Shown: in pieces, positions 26,236-39,070 of the stretch
How positions within the stretch are numbered: the stretch's first letter is position 1
Layout of the letters: the number at the start of each line of letters is the position of its first letter
From: Octopus sinensis
Taxonomy: Eukaryota
Reading direction: 5' to 3'
DNA length: 64,000 nucleotides
Assembly: GCF_006345805.1 (NCBI RefSeq)
Contig: NC_043021.1
Location: forward strand, 19,716,001-19,780,000
Program-made: the position numbers and the translations under genes
Notes under the pieces: generated by a model
The model's database searches: none
Seen by the model: only the letters and a program-made list of their open reading frames with translations
Told to the model about the DNA's origin: nothing

Positions 26236-29166
26236 GTATACTCACACACACACACACTATGGGCAGTATGAAAATTATCCCATATCAACTTTTCCATAAT
26301 TAATAAATTCTGCGAAATATTTATTCGATGCCATGAATCAGGCAGACCAATCTCTTTATCATGGGATAGACATTTTCTCTCTTCTTTTAATTATCTTTGT
26401 TATTAATTTATTTTACCAATGGTAAAAAAAAAAAAAATTGGGGTTTGGAGTTAGATTCCCTTCTTCTTTATTTATTAATAATTTAATATTTTTGTTGGTG
26501 AAAATTAAATTAAAAATTCTAAGTGAAGAAGTCTTTGGAATGAGATGAGTGACGCGCTGTTTTGGTTTCACAGGAAGACAGAAGAAAGAAGAAAAAAGTT
26601 TCCAATGTTACAGTTATACACATATGTATATGCACTCGTATACCCACGTGTATGTATACGTTTATATACATAAATCTGTATATGCACACACATATATACA
26701 TACATATACATGTACACACACATTGTATATGTGTGTGTGTATGTATATATATATATGTGTGTGTGTATATATATATATTTATAAATGAAAATCATTGAAC
26801 AAATGTTGAGCTTCCTTTAAAAAAAAAACCGGCAAATAAATATTTCGTCCCACAAAATGTTATGTTGTAACTAAAGTTATTTATTTTGGGGTTTCGTCTC
26901 ATTAAATTTAATGTAAATTGTAAAAAAAAAAATTAAAAAAAACTGATTAACACTAATTAACGGCGAGTGAATCATTTAAGATTAATCAACTAGCTTGAGA
27001 TAGAAAAATAAATTAAATATTTAAAAGTATGAAGTCAGAACTTTCTCAAATTCCAAATAATACTGAAAAATACGGGTCCCCAAAAAAGTTTAATTTGCTT
27101 CTTCCCGTTCCAAAAACTCTTCTTGGGTGAGGGTCATCACTTTTTAAATGTAGAATATTTAATAGAGTAACCGCAGTGTGCTTCGATTTTATGTTCAGAC
27201 AAAAAAGAAATACAAATTTCGGGTTTTTCTATTATTTCTTAAAGAAAAATTAAATAACAGAACACCTCTTTGGCTTTGGATTGTTTTTCTTTATTTTTCC
27301 GTCAGTTTTCTTCGTTTTAGACATTTTTTTTGTATATCCTTCAAAAGTTAAGCCAAACAACACTTTGTAGCTCACACACGTGTTTTATATATATATATAT
27401 ATATATACATACACATGTATGTATATCTGCGGTGCTGTAGCATGGTCGTAGTCCAATGACCGAAACAAGCAAAAAACAAAATATATATATATACATATTG
27501 TTATATTTGAGGATGCTTTTTTTTTTTTTGTAATAAATACACCATTAGTTCGTGTTTACTGGCAAGGTTTTTTTTTAAATGACCATCCCCATTTATAACA
27601 ATGTTTCAATACAAGGATTCACATCAGAAATCTTACAGAGCAAATCTATAAACGTATATATATATACACGTTTAAGTGTAGTGTGTATACATATATATAT
27701 ATATATACATACACACGTGTTTAGGTGTGTGTGTATATATATAAACACAGAAGATATACAATGTGTATATACACACACACACATACATGTAGAGAGAGAC
27801 AAATACCTACAAGGTGGGGGGGGGGCGATTCTTAAAAATTACTAATTTAAACTTTATGATTGAGATCCTTGCCCTTAATTTTCAACCCCTTAATTTTATA
27901 TATTTCTCGCTGTTTTTTGTCTCATAGCATTTGAAATGCCTTTTAAATCCCCCCTCTTCTGTAAGTTGTTTTAGCTGAAAAATTGATTGCGTTTTAGTTT
28001 ATCAATTATTTAAATTTCAATGGCGTATTTCTGACATCTTCCATCTTCTTTGGATTTTTGTGAAGACAGCGAGGGGAGAAGAAGAGAAAATAAAAAACCA
28101 GTATTACAAAGATTTTTTTCTTTTCTCTCACAGCAAACCTTTTTGACTTTAATCTTTTATACACTCATGGAAAGGTAGAAATTGCTAGACTTTTTTTTTT
28201 ATATATACGGAGAAGCCGAGTTTTATTTGTTGAAGTTAGTGAAAGGTAGAAAAGAAAGCAGCTAGTTGAATGGTTGTTCACTGACATAGTGAGTCACAGG
28301 GACTTGGAATTCTATTCAGTAATGAATTATATAAGAAGCACACTCGAATAGGTCGGTGTTTAGAGATAGGCATAGTTCAATATTTCTGTGTACCTCCTCT
28401 GTCACTACTATTATTTTTTGGAGAAAACAATTAGTTTTAGACTGAGACCTGCTTTATTTCATTCAATTGGACATTTCAGACATTGCTTTATCAAACGTTT
28501 GTTTGAAGTTGCCTTGCAAAGATGAGAGCCTAGCCTGGCAGATAAGATAGTGTTCTATACCAGTAGAAGCAGGATAACTCGTTGTCAATGGCTGCTGCTT
28601 AAATTTAGCTGACTAATTCAGTTCAATGTGAGTAAGCTGAAGTATTTTGTTGCCCATTCAATGAATGGCAGGTTGATAGCATGAACAGATCTTGTCTTTC
28701 CAAGGACATGTTGGTTTGGAGATAGTTCTACACTTACAATATATGCATTTTCCTCCAGCACACTATATCTTGGTGATATCAAATCATCTTGGTTCTGATA
28801 GTAAGAAGAAAAAAAGAAACAGTTTCAACAGAATAATCTTTGAAATACTTTAAAACAGCTCAGTTTAGAGGAAACAAAGGATGGTTTTTAAAATAGGCAA
28901 AACTCTTCCTGTTGAAAGTTTTCTGTCACTTCTCTGTACATACAATGAAAGTTAAATGTAAATACTTAAAAGTACTTGATGTGTGCAAGCGTATGAAGAA
29001 GCCATTTTGCCTTATTAAGTTTCCACTTAATCACTTCTCTCTGTTTTGTTCTGGTCTATCATAAAGGGAAATGAAATCCTTCCCACATTTTCATGGGAGC
29101 AGATTAGAAGCAATGATTTTTACCATTCCCGGTTATAAAGAGATGACTTCTATAAAACTTTTAAAT

Positions 29167-29387
29167 CAGTGGTTATCAACTGGGATCCATTTAAGATTTT
29201 GTTAAAATTCGTCAGTAATAAATTGACTATATTTCCACAATACACTAAATATTTTAATTTCTTTCATGCAATTCCTAATAACATTTAATTATAGGATTTT
29301 TTAAATATCGAATGGCTATGGGGGTCTACCTGAGTAAAACAGGAATCAAAGGAATCCATAGGTTAAAAAAATGATTGAGAAACGTTG
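29167..29387. mobile_element. hAT-type MITE (decayed)
   Basis: CAGTGGTTATCAAC ... GATTGAGAAACGTTG imperfect termini; flanks ttttaaat / ttttaggt. Confidence 0.5.
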
Positions 29388-29580
29388 TTTTAGGTTTTGT
29401 TTTATATAGGCCATTATCTACAAGCTGTACCTTTCATTTGTTCCAAGAATTATTTGTTTAACCATTTAGCATTTAAACTGGTCAGGCCCAACCCAAATAT
29501 TCTACCTGTTTTGTGTTCAAACCAACCAGATCCAGCCTCTCACATTTGTACCACAATGTCATCTTAAAAATAAACAATCA

Positions 29581-30413
29581 TAGTCTGGGCAAAGTTCAGA
29601 GAGTTCCTACCTCTACTGGTGACAAAGGGCTTCTCCCTTTGAGTGAAAGGTAGACTGTATGATGCATGTGTACTAACAGCCATGCTACACAGCAGTGAAA
29701 CACGGGCTGTGACTGCCGAGGACATGTATAGGCTTGAAAGAAATGAAGTTAGTATGCTCTGCTGGATGTGTAATGTCAGTATGCATACATGACAGAGTGT
29801 AAGCACCCTGAGAGAGAAGTTGGACATAAGAAGCATCAGATGTGGTGTGCTAGAAAGACAACTGCACTGGTATGGTCATGTGTTGCATATGGATGAGGAC
29901 AGCTGTGTGAAGAAGTGTCACACCCTAACAGTGGAGGGAACCTGTGGAAGAGATAGACCCAGAAAGACATGGAATGAGGTGGTGAAGCACAACCTTTGAA
30001 CATTGGGCCTCACAGAGGCAATGACAAGAGACCAAGACCTTTGGAGATTTGCTGTGCTTGAGAAGACCCAGAAAACCAAGTGAGATCATAGCCATGTCTG
30101 ACGCCAGCGTCGCATAACTGGCCCGTTTAAAAGTACCCTCCACTCGTTGGGCGATATGCTGTGCTTGAGAAGACCTGTTGAGTCAAGTGAAATCATAGTC
30201 ACAGCCGATGCCAGTGACACATAAAAGGCATCGTTCAAGCATGGTCGATGCCAGTGCCGCCTGAATGGCCCCCTTGCCGGTAGCACATAAAAAGCACTCA
30301 CTACAGTCTTGGAGTAGTTGGCATTAGGAAGGGCATCCAGCTGTAGAAACCTTGCCAGTCCTCAATCAAACCATCCAACCCATGCCAGCATGGATCAAAC
30401 GATCATCATCATC
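29581..30413 (+). mobile_element. RTE-clade LINE 3' portion (RT C-terminus + 3' UTR), inserted into a TTAA MITE (29458-30510)
   Basis: WAKFREFLPLLVTKGFSL*VKGRLYDACVLTAMLHSSET...QLHWYGHVLHMDEDSCVKKC..VEG..GRDRPRKTW...DLWRFAVLEKTQKTK*, then 3' UTR and trinucleotide tail. MITE halves lie on both sides. Confidence 0.9.
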
Positions 30414-31554
30414 AAGACCTTGAAGCTACGAGATAATGCATGATTAATTTAAAACAGTATGAATAAATAAACATTACATTTGACAGCATAATCTGAATGT
30501 CATATGGTTAAATTTGCTAAGGTCAGGTTTTTGAAATTCTATGCTTAAATTTAATTCAAAATAGATAGAAAATATATAGGAGTGGCTGTGTGGTTATGTA
30601 GCTTGCCTACCAACCACATGGTTCTGGGTTCAGTCCCACTGCATGGCATCTTGGGCAAGTGTCTTCTGCTATAGCCTTGGGCCGACCAATGCCTTGTCAG
30701 TGGATTTGGTAGACGGAAACTGAAAGAAGCCTGTCGTATATATATGTATGTATGTGTATGTATATGTTTGTGTGTCTGTGTTTGTCCCTCTAGCATTGCT
30801 TGACAACCGATGCTGGTGTGTTTACGTCCCCGTCACTTAGTGGTTCGGCAAAAGAGACCAACAGAATAAGTACTAGGCTTACAAAGAATAAGTCCCAAGG
30901 TCGATTTGCTCGACTAAAGGCGGTGCTCCAGCATGGCTGCAGTCAAATAACTGAAACAAGTAAAAGAGCATAAGATATCTTTCACAGATGCAGGAGTGGT
31001 TGTGTGGTAAGTAGCTTACTTACCAACCACATGGTTCCAGGTTCATTCCCACTGCATGGCACCTTGGGCAAGTGTCTTCTACTATAGCCTCGTCCCGACC
31101 AAAGCCTTGTGACTGGATTTGTTAGACAGAAACTGAAAGAAGCCACATATATATATATATATGTGTGTGTGTCTGTGTTTGTCCCCCCCAACATCGCTTG
31201 ACAGCCGATGATGGTGTGTTTACGTTCCCGTAACTTAGGGGTTCAGCAAAAAGAGAGATAGAATAAGTACTAGGCTTCCAAAGAATAAGTCCTGGGGTCG
31301 ATTTGCTCGACTAAAGGTGGTGCTCCAGCATGGCTACAGTCAAATGACTGAAACAAGTAAAAGAGTAAAGAGATCTCCTGCCAGAACATTCTAACAATCT
31401 CTTTCGCCACACTGCTAAGCTGCTGCCAGAACATTCTATGAATCCCTTTTGCCACACCGCTAAGCTATGGAGACGTAAACAAACCAACACTAGTTGTGAA
31501 GTAGTACTAGGGAACAAACACAAAGGCACACGGTTCTTTCAGTTTCTGTCTACC

Positions 31555-31678
31555 AAGATGGAGACGCATTGTGCAACAAAATGGTTCAGATTTGGTTGAT
31601 TAAAAATGTAACGGCAAGTATTTATTGACCTTTTTCTTTCCTTCAAAAATTGGCTCGAACTTTCCAGACAACCCAATA
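31555..31678 (+). mobile_element. mariner 3' end fragment
   Basis: RWRRIVQQNGSDLVD* followed by the TIR-like aactttccagacaacccaata. Confidence 0.7.
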
Positions 31679-32199
31679 TTTTAACCCTGAGTGCTAAGAG
31701 GTTCAATATAACAGACAAGAAGATATTTTCAGCATTGCATTATGCCCATCATGAAGACATTGATGATACACTTTCTAAAAATAACATTTTTGTGACATAC
31801 TAGTTAAGCTCTGTCAACAATTAATTAGCATATCCTAAGTCATTAGTCATATTTGTAATTAAAAAATCATGTGTCATCAGTCATATACCTAATTAGCATA
31901 TTGTGTGTCATTAATCATGCCAGTATACGAGGGCTATAGTAGATGACACTTGCCCCAGGTGCCATGCAGTGGCGCTGAACCACAGTAATGAAATTCAATT
32001 ATTTAAAAAGAAAGTAAAAAACACACTGGATCATGTAGTCCTGGAAACACTGTAAAGAAAGTTGAGATGGTCATGCCTGGATGGTCGCTTTTGATCATAC
32101 ACCTACTTGTTCATGATTAAAATTGGACTAAGAAGATTTAATGTTACACTTAGTTCCAGACACCCCAACCACCAGTTCCGAGATCCTTGGGTATCTTTG

Positions 32200-32912
32200 G
32201 TAGAGTACACACTTTGGCAGAGTACATACTTTAGTGAAGTACAGAGTTTAGTAGAGTTCAGAGTTTACACATTTTAGGAGAGTTCGTACTTTAGCAGCCT
32301 ACCCATTTTAGTAGTGTACACTATATAGCTGAGTACACACTTTGGAATAGCATAGAGTTTATCAGAGTACATATTTTAGCAGCCTACACGTTTTAACAGA
32401 GTACACAGTTTAGTTGAGTACATGCTTTAGCAGAGTACACACTTTAGAAAAGCGCAGAGTTTAGCTGGGTACACACTTTAGCAGAGTACATACTTTAGCA
32501 CCCTACATATTTTAGTAGAGTACACAATTTGACTGAGTACATGCTTTAGCAGAGTATACATTTTAATAAAGTACAGTTTAGCTGAGTGCACATACTTTAG
32601 CAGCCTACACATTTTAGTAGAGTACACAATTTGACTGAATACATGCTTTAGCAGAGTATACATTTTAATAGAGTACAGTTTAGCTGAGTACATACTTTAG
32701 CACCCTACACATTTTAGTAGAGTACACAATTTGACTGAGTACATGCTTTAGCAGAGCATACATTTTAATAGAGTACAGTTTAGCTGAGTACACACACTTT
32801 AGCAGAGTACATGCTTAAGCAAAGTATACACTTTAGCACCATACACAGTTTAAAGGAGAACGTACTTTAGCAGAGTATGCACTTTAGCGAAGTACATACC
32901 TTAACAGAGTTC
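32200..32912. repeat. 17-bp minisatellite with ~100 bp higher-order repeat
   Basis: agagtacacactttagc monomers; a six-monomer block recurs at 32502, 32604 and 32704. Confidence 0.9.
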
Positions 32913-33734
32913 ATATGGTTGCTAGCATTTGGACTCAATCCTCAGTCTCAGGGTGGTTTATTTCCTTTCTTCTTCCACTATAGAACAACTTCTGTGTGTG
33001 TGTGTGCATGCGTGTGTACATGTGTGTGTGGTGCTGGTGTATATGTGTGTAGAGATCAAGAGCTGTATGTGTATATATATATATATATATGTGTAGAGAT
33101 CAAGAGTTGTATATGTATATATATGCGTGTGTGTATATGTGTAGAGATCAAGAGTTGTATGTGTATATGTACATATATGTGTGTGTGTCGGTGTATATAT
33201 GTGTAGAGATGAAGAATTGTGTGTATGTATATGTAGGCGTGTGTGTGCGTATCATCATCATTTAATATCCGTTTTCTATGCTGACACGGGGTCGATAGTC
33301 TGACAAGAGCTGCACCACACTCCAATTGTCTGTTTTAACGATGTCAACATTAAATTAATAAGGTGGCTTATGCAATAATTGTGTTGTATACAAGACTCTT
33401 TTACTCTCTCTTTTACTTGTTTCAGTCATTTGACTGCGGCCATGCTAGAGCACCGCCTTTAATCGAGCAACTCGACCCCGGGACTTATTCTTTTGTAAGC
33501 CCAGTACTTATTCTATCGGTCTCTTTTGCCGAACCGCTACATTACGGGGACATAAACACACCAGCATCGGTTGTCAAGCAATGCTAGGGGAACAAACACA
33601 GACCCACAAACACACACACACACACATATGGAAGAGGTACTTTAGGTCTCTACCCTATGATTGGGAGAAGAACTAGGGGAAGACCAAGGATATGAAGAGT
33701 GATGGTGGATAGAATGAATTTGATGACTGGTATC

Positions 33735-34197
33735 CGTGCTAGTGGAGCGCTAAGAGCACCATCCGAGCGTGATCGTTGCCAGAGGAGCGAACTGGCTTCT
33801 GTGCCGGTGGCATGTAAAAAGCACCATTCGAGCACAATCGTTACCAGCGTCGCCTTACTGGCACTTGTGCTGGTGGCACGTGAAAAAATATTTGAGCGAG
33901 GTCATTGCCAGTGCCGCTGGACTGGTTCCTGTGCAGGTGGCACATAAAAAACACCATTTGAGCGTGGCCATTGCCAGTACCGCCTGACTGGCCCTCGTGC
34001 TGGTGGCATGTAAAGGCACCCACTACACTTTCAGAGTGGTTGGCATTAGGAAGGGCATCCAGCTGTAGAAACTCTGCCAGATCAAGATTGGAGCCTGGTG
34101 CAGACATCTGGTTCACCAGTCCTCAGTCAAATCGTCCAACCCATGCTAGCATGGAAAGTGGACACTAAACGATGATGATGATGATGATGATGATGAT
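33735..34197 (+). mobile_element. RTE LINE 3' UTR with ~63 bp internal modules and (GAT)n tail
   Basis: Repeated gtgccggtggcacgtaaaaagcacc modules, then aggaagggcatccagctgtag...taaacgatgatgatgat. Confidence 0.85.
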
Positions 34198-34481
34198 GGG
34201 GCCCAACCCTTCAGTGGGTTACGAGATAAATAAAATGGGTTACGACAAAAAAAGGAGGAAAGGAAAAAAGAAAACAAGTGGGTCAAAGCGCAGAATATAA
34301 ACCAGTGTTTTGCAAACTGTGGGTCCCAGCCCTTCAGTGGGTTGCGACAAACCAGTTTGAAAAATGCTGCTCTAAGCCATGCAAAAAGCCATAATCTCAT
34401 GGAATTTTGTGCTTTTGAAGAAGGATTTTGACCAGGGAAAGAATATAATTGTCTGGATGTTTGTGTGAGTGGAAAATATGA

Positions 34482-34790
34482 AGGTTGTGGTCAATGAAGA
34501 GAGCAGACGTGATACCAATAGTAATTGGTGCAGTTGGAAATATCAGCACTCAACTACCAACATGGCTGAAAAAGATCGGTGCAAGTGTGAAGATAGAACA
34601 CCTACAAAAATCAGCGTTGTGTGAAACTGCAAGAATTCTTCGCAGGGTTCTTGAAGCATGACCAGTAAAACAAGTGTCACCTTAGTCTGCTGGCTGTGGA
34701 CAGCTGACACTTTCCATAATACCCAGCAAAATAAGCTGGGAGTTTTCATATAATAATAATAAGAAGAAGAAGAAGAAGAAGAAGGAGAAG
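34482..34790 (+). mobile_element. Dong/R4-clade non-LTR retrotransposon 3' end
   Basis: RLWSMKRADVIPIVIGAVGNISTQLPTWLKKIGASVKIEHLQKSALCETARILRRVLEA* (34482-34661), typical of the C-terminus after a restriction-like endonuclease. Short UTR ends in (TAA)n then (AAG)n. Confidence 0.75.
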
Positions 34791-35229
34791 AAAGGAGAAG
34801 TGAGTTTTGGAAAATGGTAACTATAATAGTCTTGACAATCCAAAAGAAGAGGATTACAAAGAAATGAGAAGGAAGGTTGGTAGCAACTAACTTTATAATG
34901 ATTCTAACTATTTCTTAACAATATGTTAACCTATCTCCTAAGGCGGTGAGCTGACAGAATCATTAGCACGCCAGGCAAAATGTTTAGCGGCATTTCATCC
35001 ATCTTTACGTTCTGAGTTCAAATTCCGTTGAAGTTGACTTTGCCTTTCATCCTTTCAGAGTTGATAAAATAAGTACCAGTTGAGTACTGGGGGCAATATA
35101 ACTGACAACCGACTTTAAACTCTCTTTTGGAATTACTAGACCTGTGTCAAAATTTGAAGCCAGAAAATCTTGTTTGTAAAGATGAATTAGGATCTTGGGA
35201 AAAGATAAACTCTTGCCAGATTGATGACC

Positions 35230-35562
35230 ACATGTAAAAGGATTAACTATGATTACATGTAAAAGGATTAACTACAATCATTTGTAAAAGGATTAACCAT
35301 GATCATATATAAAAGATTAACTGTGGTCACATGTAAAAGGATAATCTGTGATCACATGCAAAAGGATTAACTGTGATCACATGCAAAAGGATGAACTGTG
35401 ATTACATTTAATGGATTAATTACAATCACATGTAAAAGGATTAACCACAATCACATGTAAAAGGATTATCCATAATCACATGTAAAAGGATTAACTGTGA
35501 TCACATATGATCATATGTAAAAGGATTAAATATAATTACATATAAAAGGATTAACTATGATT
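35230..35562. repeat. 25-bp minisatellite (~13 copies)
   Basis: gtaaaaggattaactgtgatcacat units. Confidence 0.9.
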
Positions 35563-36974
35563 AAGTTGCTCAAATTCAATAGAAATCCTGCTTTTTTAAT
35601 GTAGATAAATTCTTGATTTGATTGATATAAGACAGAATAAACTCTAACAGGAGACGTAGGAGTGGCTGTGTGGTAAGTAGCTTGTTTACAAACCACATAG
35701 TTCCGGGTTCAGTCCCACTGTGTGGCACCTTGGGCAAATGTCTTCTACTATAGCCTAGGGCCAACCAAAGCCTTGTGAGTGGATTTGGTAGACAGAAATT
35801 GAAAGAAGCCCATCATATATATTTGTATATATATGTATGTGTATATGTTTGTGTGTCTGTGTTTGTCCCCCCCCCCCCCCAGCATCACTTGACAACCGAT
35901 GCTGGTGTGTTTACGTCCCCGAAACTTAGCTGTTCAGCAAAAAAGACCGATAGAATAAGTACTAGGCTTACAAAGAATAAGTCCTGGGGGTCAATTTGCC
36001 CGACCGACTAAAGGCGGTGCTCCAGCATGGCCACAGTGAAATGACTGAAACAGGTAAAAGAGTATGAGATGTAAAAGGGAAACAATGGTCAGTTACGTAT
36101 TTTCTTTAAAACCTTGGCAGTTATTTCCTTCTAAGAGCTTGGCTTATTCTATTCATTGTGAATGTTTGTCTTAACTCATTCAAGGTGGAGGGCAAATAGA
36201 TATTATCCACTCAGAATTTATTACTGACTAGAATCGACCCAAAACTAAATGCAGCTTTTTTTTCTATATTATTATTGACTATTTTAAATAGAATTTGAAA
36301 GATTCTTGTTTCTTTCTCATTGTCGTCGTCTCAACATTTTTAGTAAATCATGTCACTACCATTGCTTTATCTATCTATCTATCTATCTATCTAGACACGT
36401 CCACCAGATACATTCTTTCGCCATAGCCACAAGGATGATGAAAATAGCTCTTCCTTCCCGTTTGAGGGAAGGAGGCGTGACAATGAGCATAATCCTATGA
36501 ACCCAGAAATTGAAAACAGAGGGTTACCCACTTGCAAACAAATGTGGTAACATGTAACAATATTGACCGAGGTTACTGTGGTCTTTTCCGTAGGCTTTTC
36601 TTCCCACAGTAAACCTTATCTGCTTCCCCCTTTACACCGTACATCATAACACTGTGATACACGATCCCTATTGATTGCTTTTTTTTCTTTTTCCCCTTTT
36701 TTCCTTTCTTTTTTCTCCTTTTTTTTCTTTTTTCTTTTCTTCTGTTACTTTTCCTTTTTTTCTGTTTTTTCTTCTTTCCCTCTTACGATCCCTTTTGATC
36801 GAAAACCCACCCCACTTTTTTTTCTCCAAAAAAAAAAGAAAAGCTCTACTTTGTAATCTGTCCCGTCTGTGTGCAGCCCTGTGTGGCTAATAAAGAAACA
36901 TATCTACCAGTATGTATGTATGTATGTATGAATGTATGTATGTATGTATGTATGTATATATGTATGTATGTATG

Positions 36975-37008
<34 letters not shown>

Positions 37009-37284
37009 TGAATGAAAGAAATTGAAAATGCATGGTGTATTTTGTAGATGGTTTATTTTTAAAGGCTTAACCGGTTTCACAGATTTTTCTGATTTTCAAA
37101 AGTGAGGTAGAAAGACGTGGGGGCCATGCCACAGCAACTGTCATGCTTCTTTTATTTATATATATATATATATATATAACTGTAGGAAGCAGTTTTTCTC
37201 CACAGCTGCAAAAAAAGCCTCTCCTTACACTGTAAGAAATAAAGACATCCTTTGTGACACTTTATACGAAAGACAATTTTTTTA

Positions 37285-37682
37285 GAGTAGTTGTATACTG
37301 TCAACTTAATGTGACAGTCCCATGAAGGGAATCACACCACTGCTGTTTAGCCCTAGGAAGCATCAACACTTCCTGTCGGCCTTGACACATTTCCTGTGTC
37401 CTTATGTTTACAAGGGGGAGACAAGTACCTCCACCCGGCTAAGCCTGCACCCCAGAGACTAGTTTCTGAGTCTTTGCTCATCATCAGTCTGGGGTAGCAT
37501 GGCCTGCAAGTTGGAGATGCCTGTCCAGCCCCTCTAAACATATAAGAATTCTAGTGAATTCATAAGGACACAAGAAATGTGTCAAGGCTGAAAGGAAGCG
37601 CTGATGCTTCCTAGGGCTAAATAGCAGTGGTGTGATTCCCTTCATGGGACCGTCACATTAAGTTGACAGCATACAACTACTC
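37285..37682. mobile_element. fold-back element: 122 bp inverted arms around a 154 bp spacer carrying a hammerhead
   Basis: 37285-37406 versus the reverse complement of 37561-37682: 8 mismatches counted by eye. Confidence 0.85.
37449..37495 (-). ncRNA. minimal type I hammerhead ribozyme
   Basis: ACCCCAGA-CUGAUGA-UGAG[CAAAGA]CUCA-GAAA-CUAG-UC-UCUGGGGU: 8 bp stem I, intact core, 4 bp stem II, palindromic ACUAGU stem III and a GUC cleavage triplet (cut between 37457 and 37456). Confidence 0.85.
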
Positions 37683-38841
37683 CGTCGTACCACTACGGCT
37701 TATATTCTTTATTCTTTCTTTTTTCTTTTACTTGTTTCAGTCATTTGGCTGCGGCCATGCTGGAGCACCGCCTTTAATCGAGCAACTTGACCCTGGGACT
37801 TATTCTTTTGTAAGCCCAGTACTTATTCTATCTGTCTCTTTTGCCGAACCGCTAAGTAATGGGGACATAAACACACCAGCATCGGTTGTCAAGCAATGCT
37901 AGGGGACAAACACACACACGCATATATATATATATATATATATACGACGGGCTTCTTTCAGTTTCCGTCTACAAAATCCACTCACAAGGCTTTGGTCGGC
38001 CCGAGGCTATAGTAGAAGACACTTGCCCAAGGTGCCACGCAGTGGGACTGAACCCGGAACCATGTGGTTGGTAGACAAGCTACTTACCACACAGCCATAG
38101 AAATTTAATATTTCTGCAATTTTTTTAGATTTTCTTGAATTGTTCACCTATTTCATCAAATATTTCTTTACAGAGCAAGAGTCAAATATTTTTAGTGATG
38201 GATGCGTAAACTATACCTACAGGAGATGCTGAAAAAGTATTGCAGAAGCAGGAAAATATCAATTCCATTTTTGGTGAATAATTATCATTACAGGAATGAC
38301 CATGAAATTTAAAGGTGCAGACATTGGTATATGGTAAGAAGCTTGCTTCCCAATAACATGGTCCCGAGTTCAGTCCCACTGTGTGGCACCTTGGGCAAGT
38401 GTCTTTTACATTGTGAGCTTTTTACATTCTTTTACATTTGGGTCAACCAAAGCCTTGTGAGTAGATTTGGTAGATGGAAACTGAAAGAAGCCTGTTGTAT
38501 GTATGTATGTATGTATGTATGCATGCATGCACGCACGTATGTACGTACGTATGTATGTATGTATATATGTATGTATGCATGTATGTATGTATGTACGTAC
38601 GTATGTATATATGTATGTATGTATGCATGCATGCATGCATGTATGTATGTATGTATGTATGTACATAGGTATGTATGTATGTATGTATGTGTGTCTGTGT
38701 TTACCTGCACCATCGCTTGACAACTGATGTTGGTGTGTTTACATCAATGCAACTTAGCAGTTCAGCAAAAGAGACCGACAGAATAAGTAATAGGCTTACA
38801 AAGAAGAAATCCTGGGGTTGATTTCTTCGATTAAAAACCCT

Positions 38842-39070
38842 TTAACCCTTTAGCATTTAAACCGGCCATATCCGGCCAAAAGTATTCTGCCTGTTTTATG
38901 TTCAAACTGGCCAGATCTGGTCTCTCACACTAACCCTACAATACCGTTTTAAAAATTAACAGCTACCTCATCAAAATCTCAAAGCTACAAGATAATGCAT
39001 GATTAGTTCAAAACAATGTGGATAAGAAAGGATTAATTTTGGCAGAATAATGTGCACACTAAAGGGTTAA
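38842..39070. mobile_element. piggyBac-type MITE, 221 bp with TTAA duplication, inside a family A SINE
   Basis: TTAA|CCCTTTAG...CTAAAGGG|TTAA; reverse orientation relative to the 5556 copy. Confidence 0.85.

Noticed and set aside
28255-28800. Possible H/ACA snoRNAs or miRNA hairpins
   Set aside because: Only short stems and no convincing paired H and ACA boxes or known seed by eye. Kept only as part of the lncRNA hypothesis.
37062-37110. Minus-strand ...ttgaaaatcagaaaaatctgtgaaaccggtt, a hammerhead-like shape
   Set aside because: Core has multiple mismatches and stem I is weak; at most a decayed relic.
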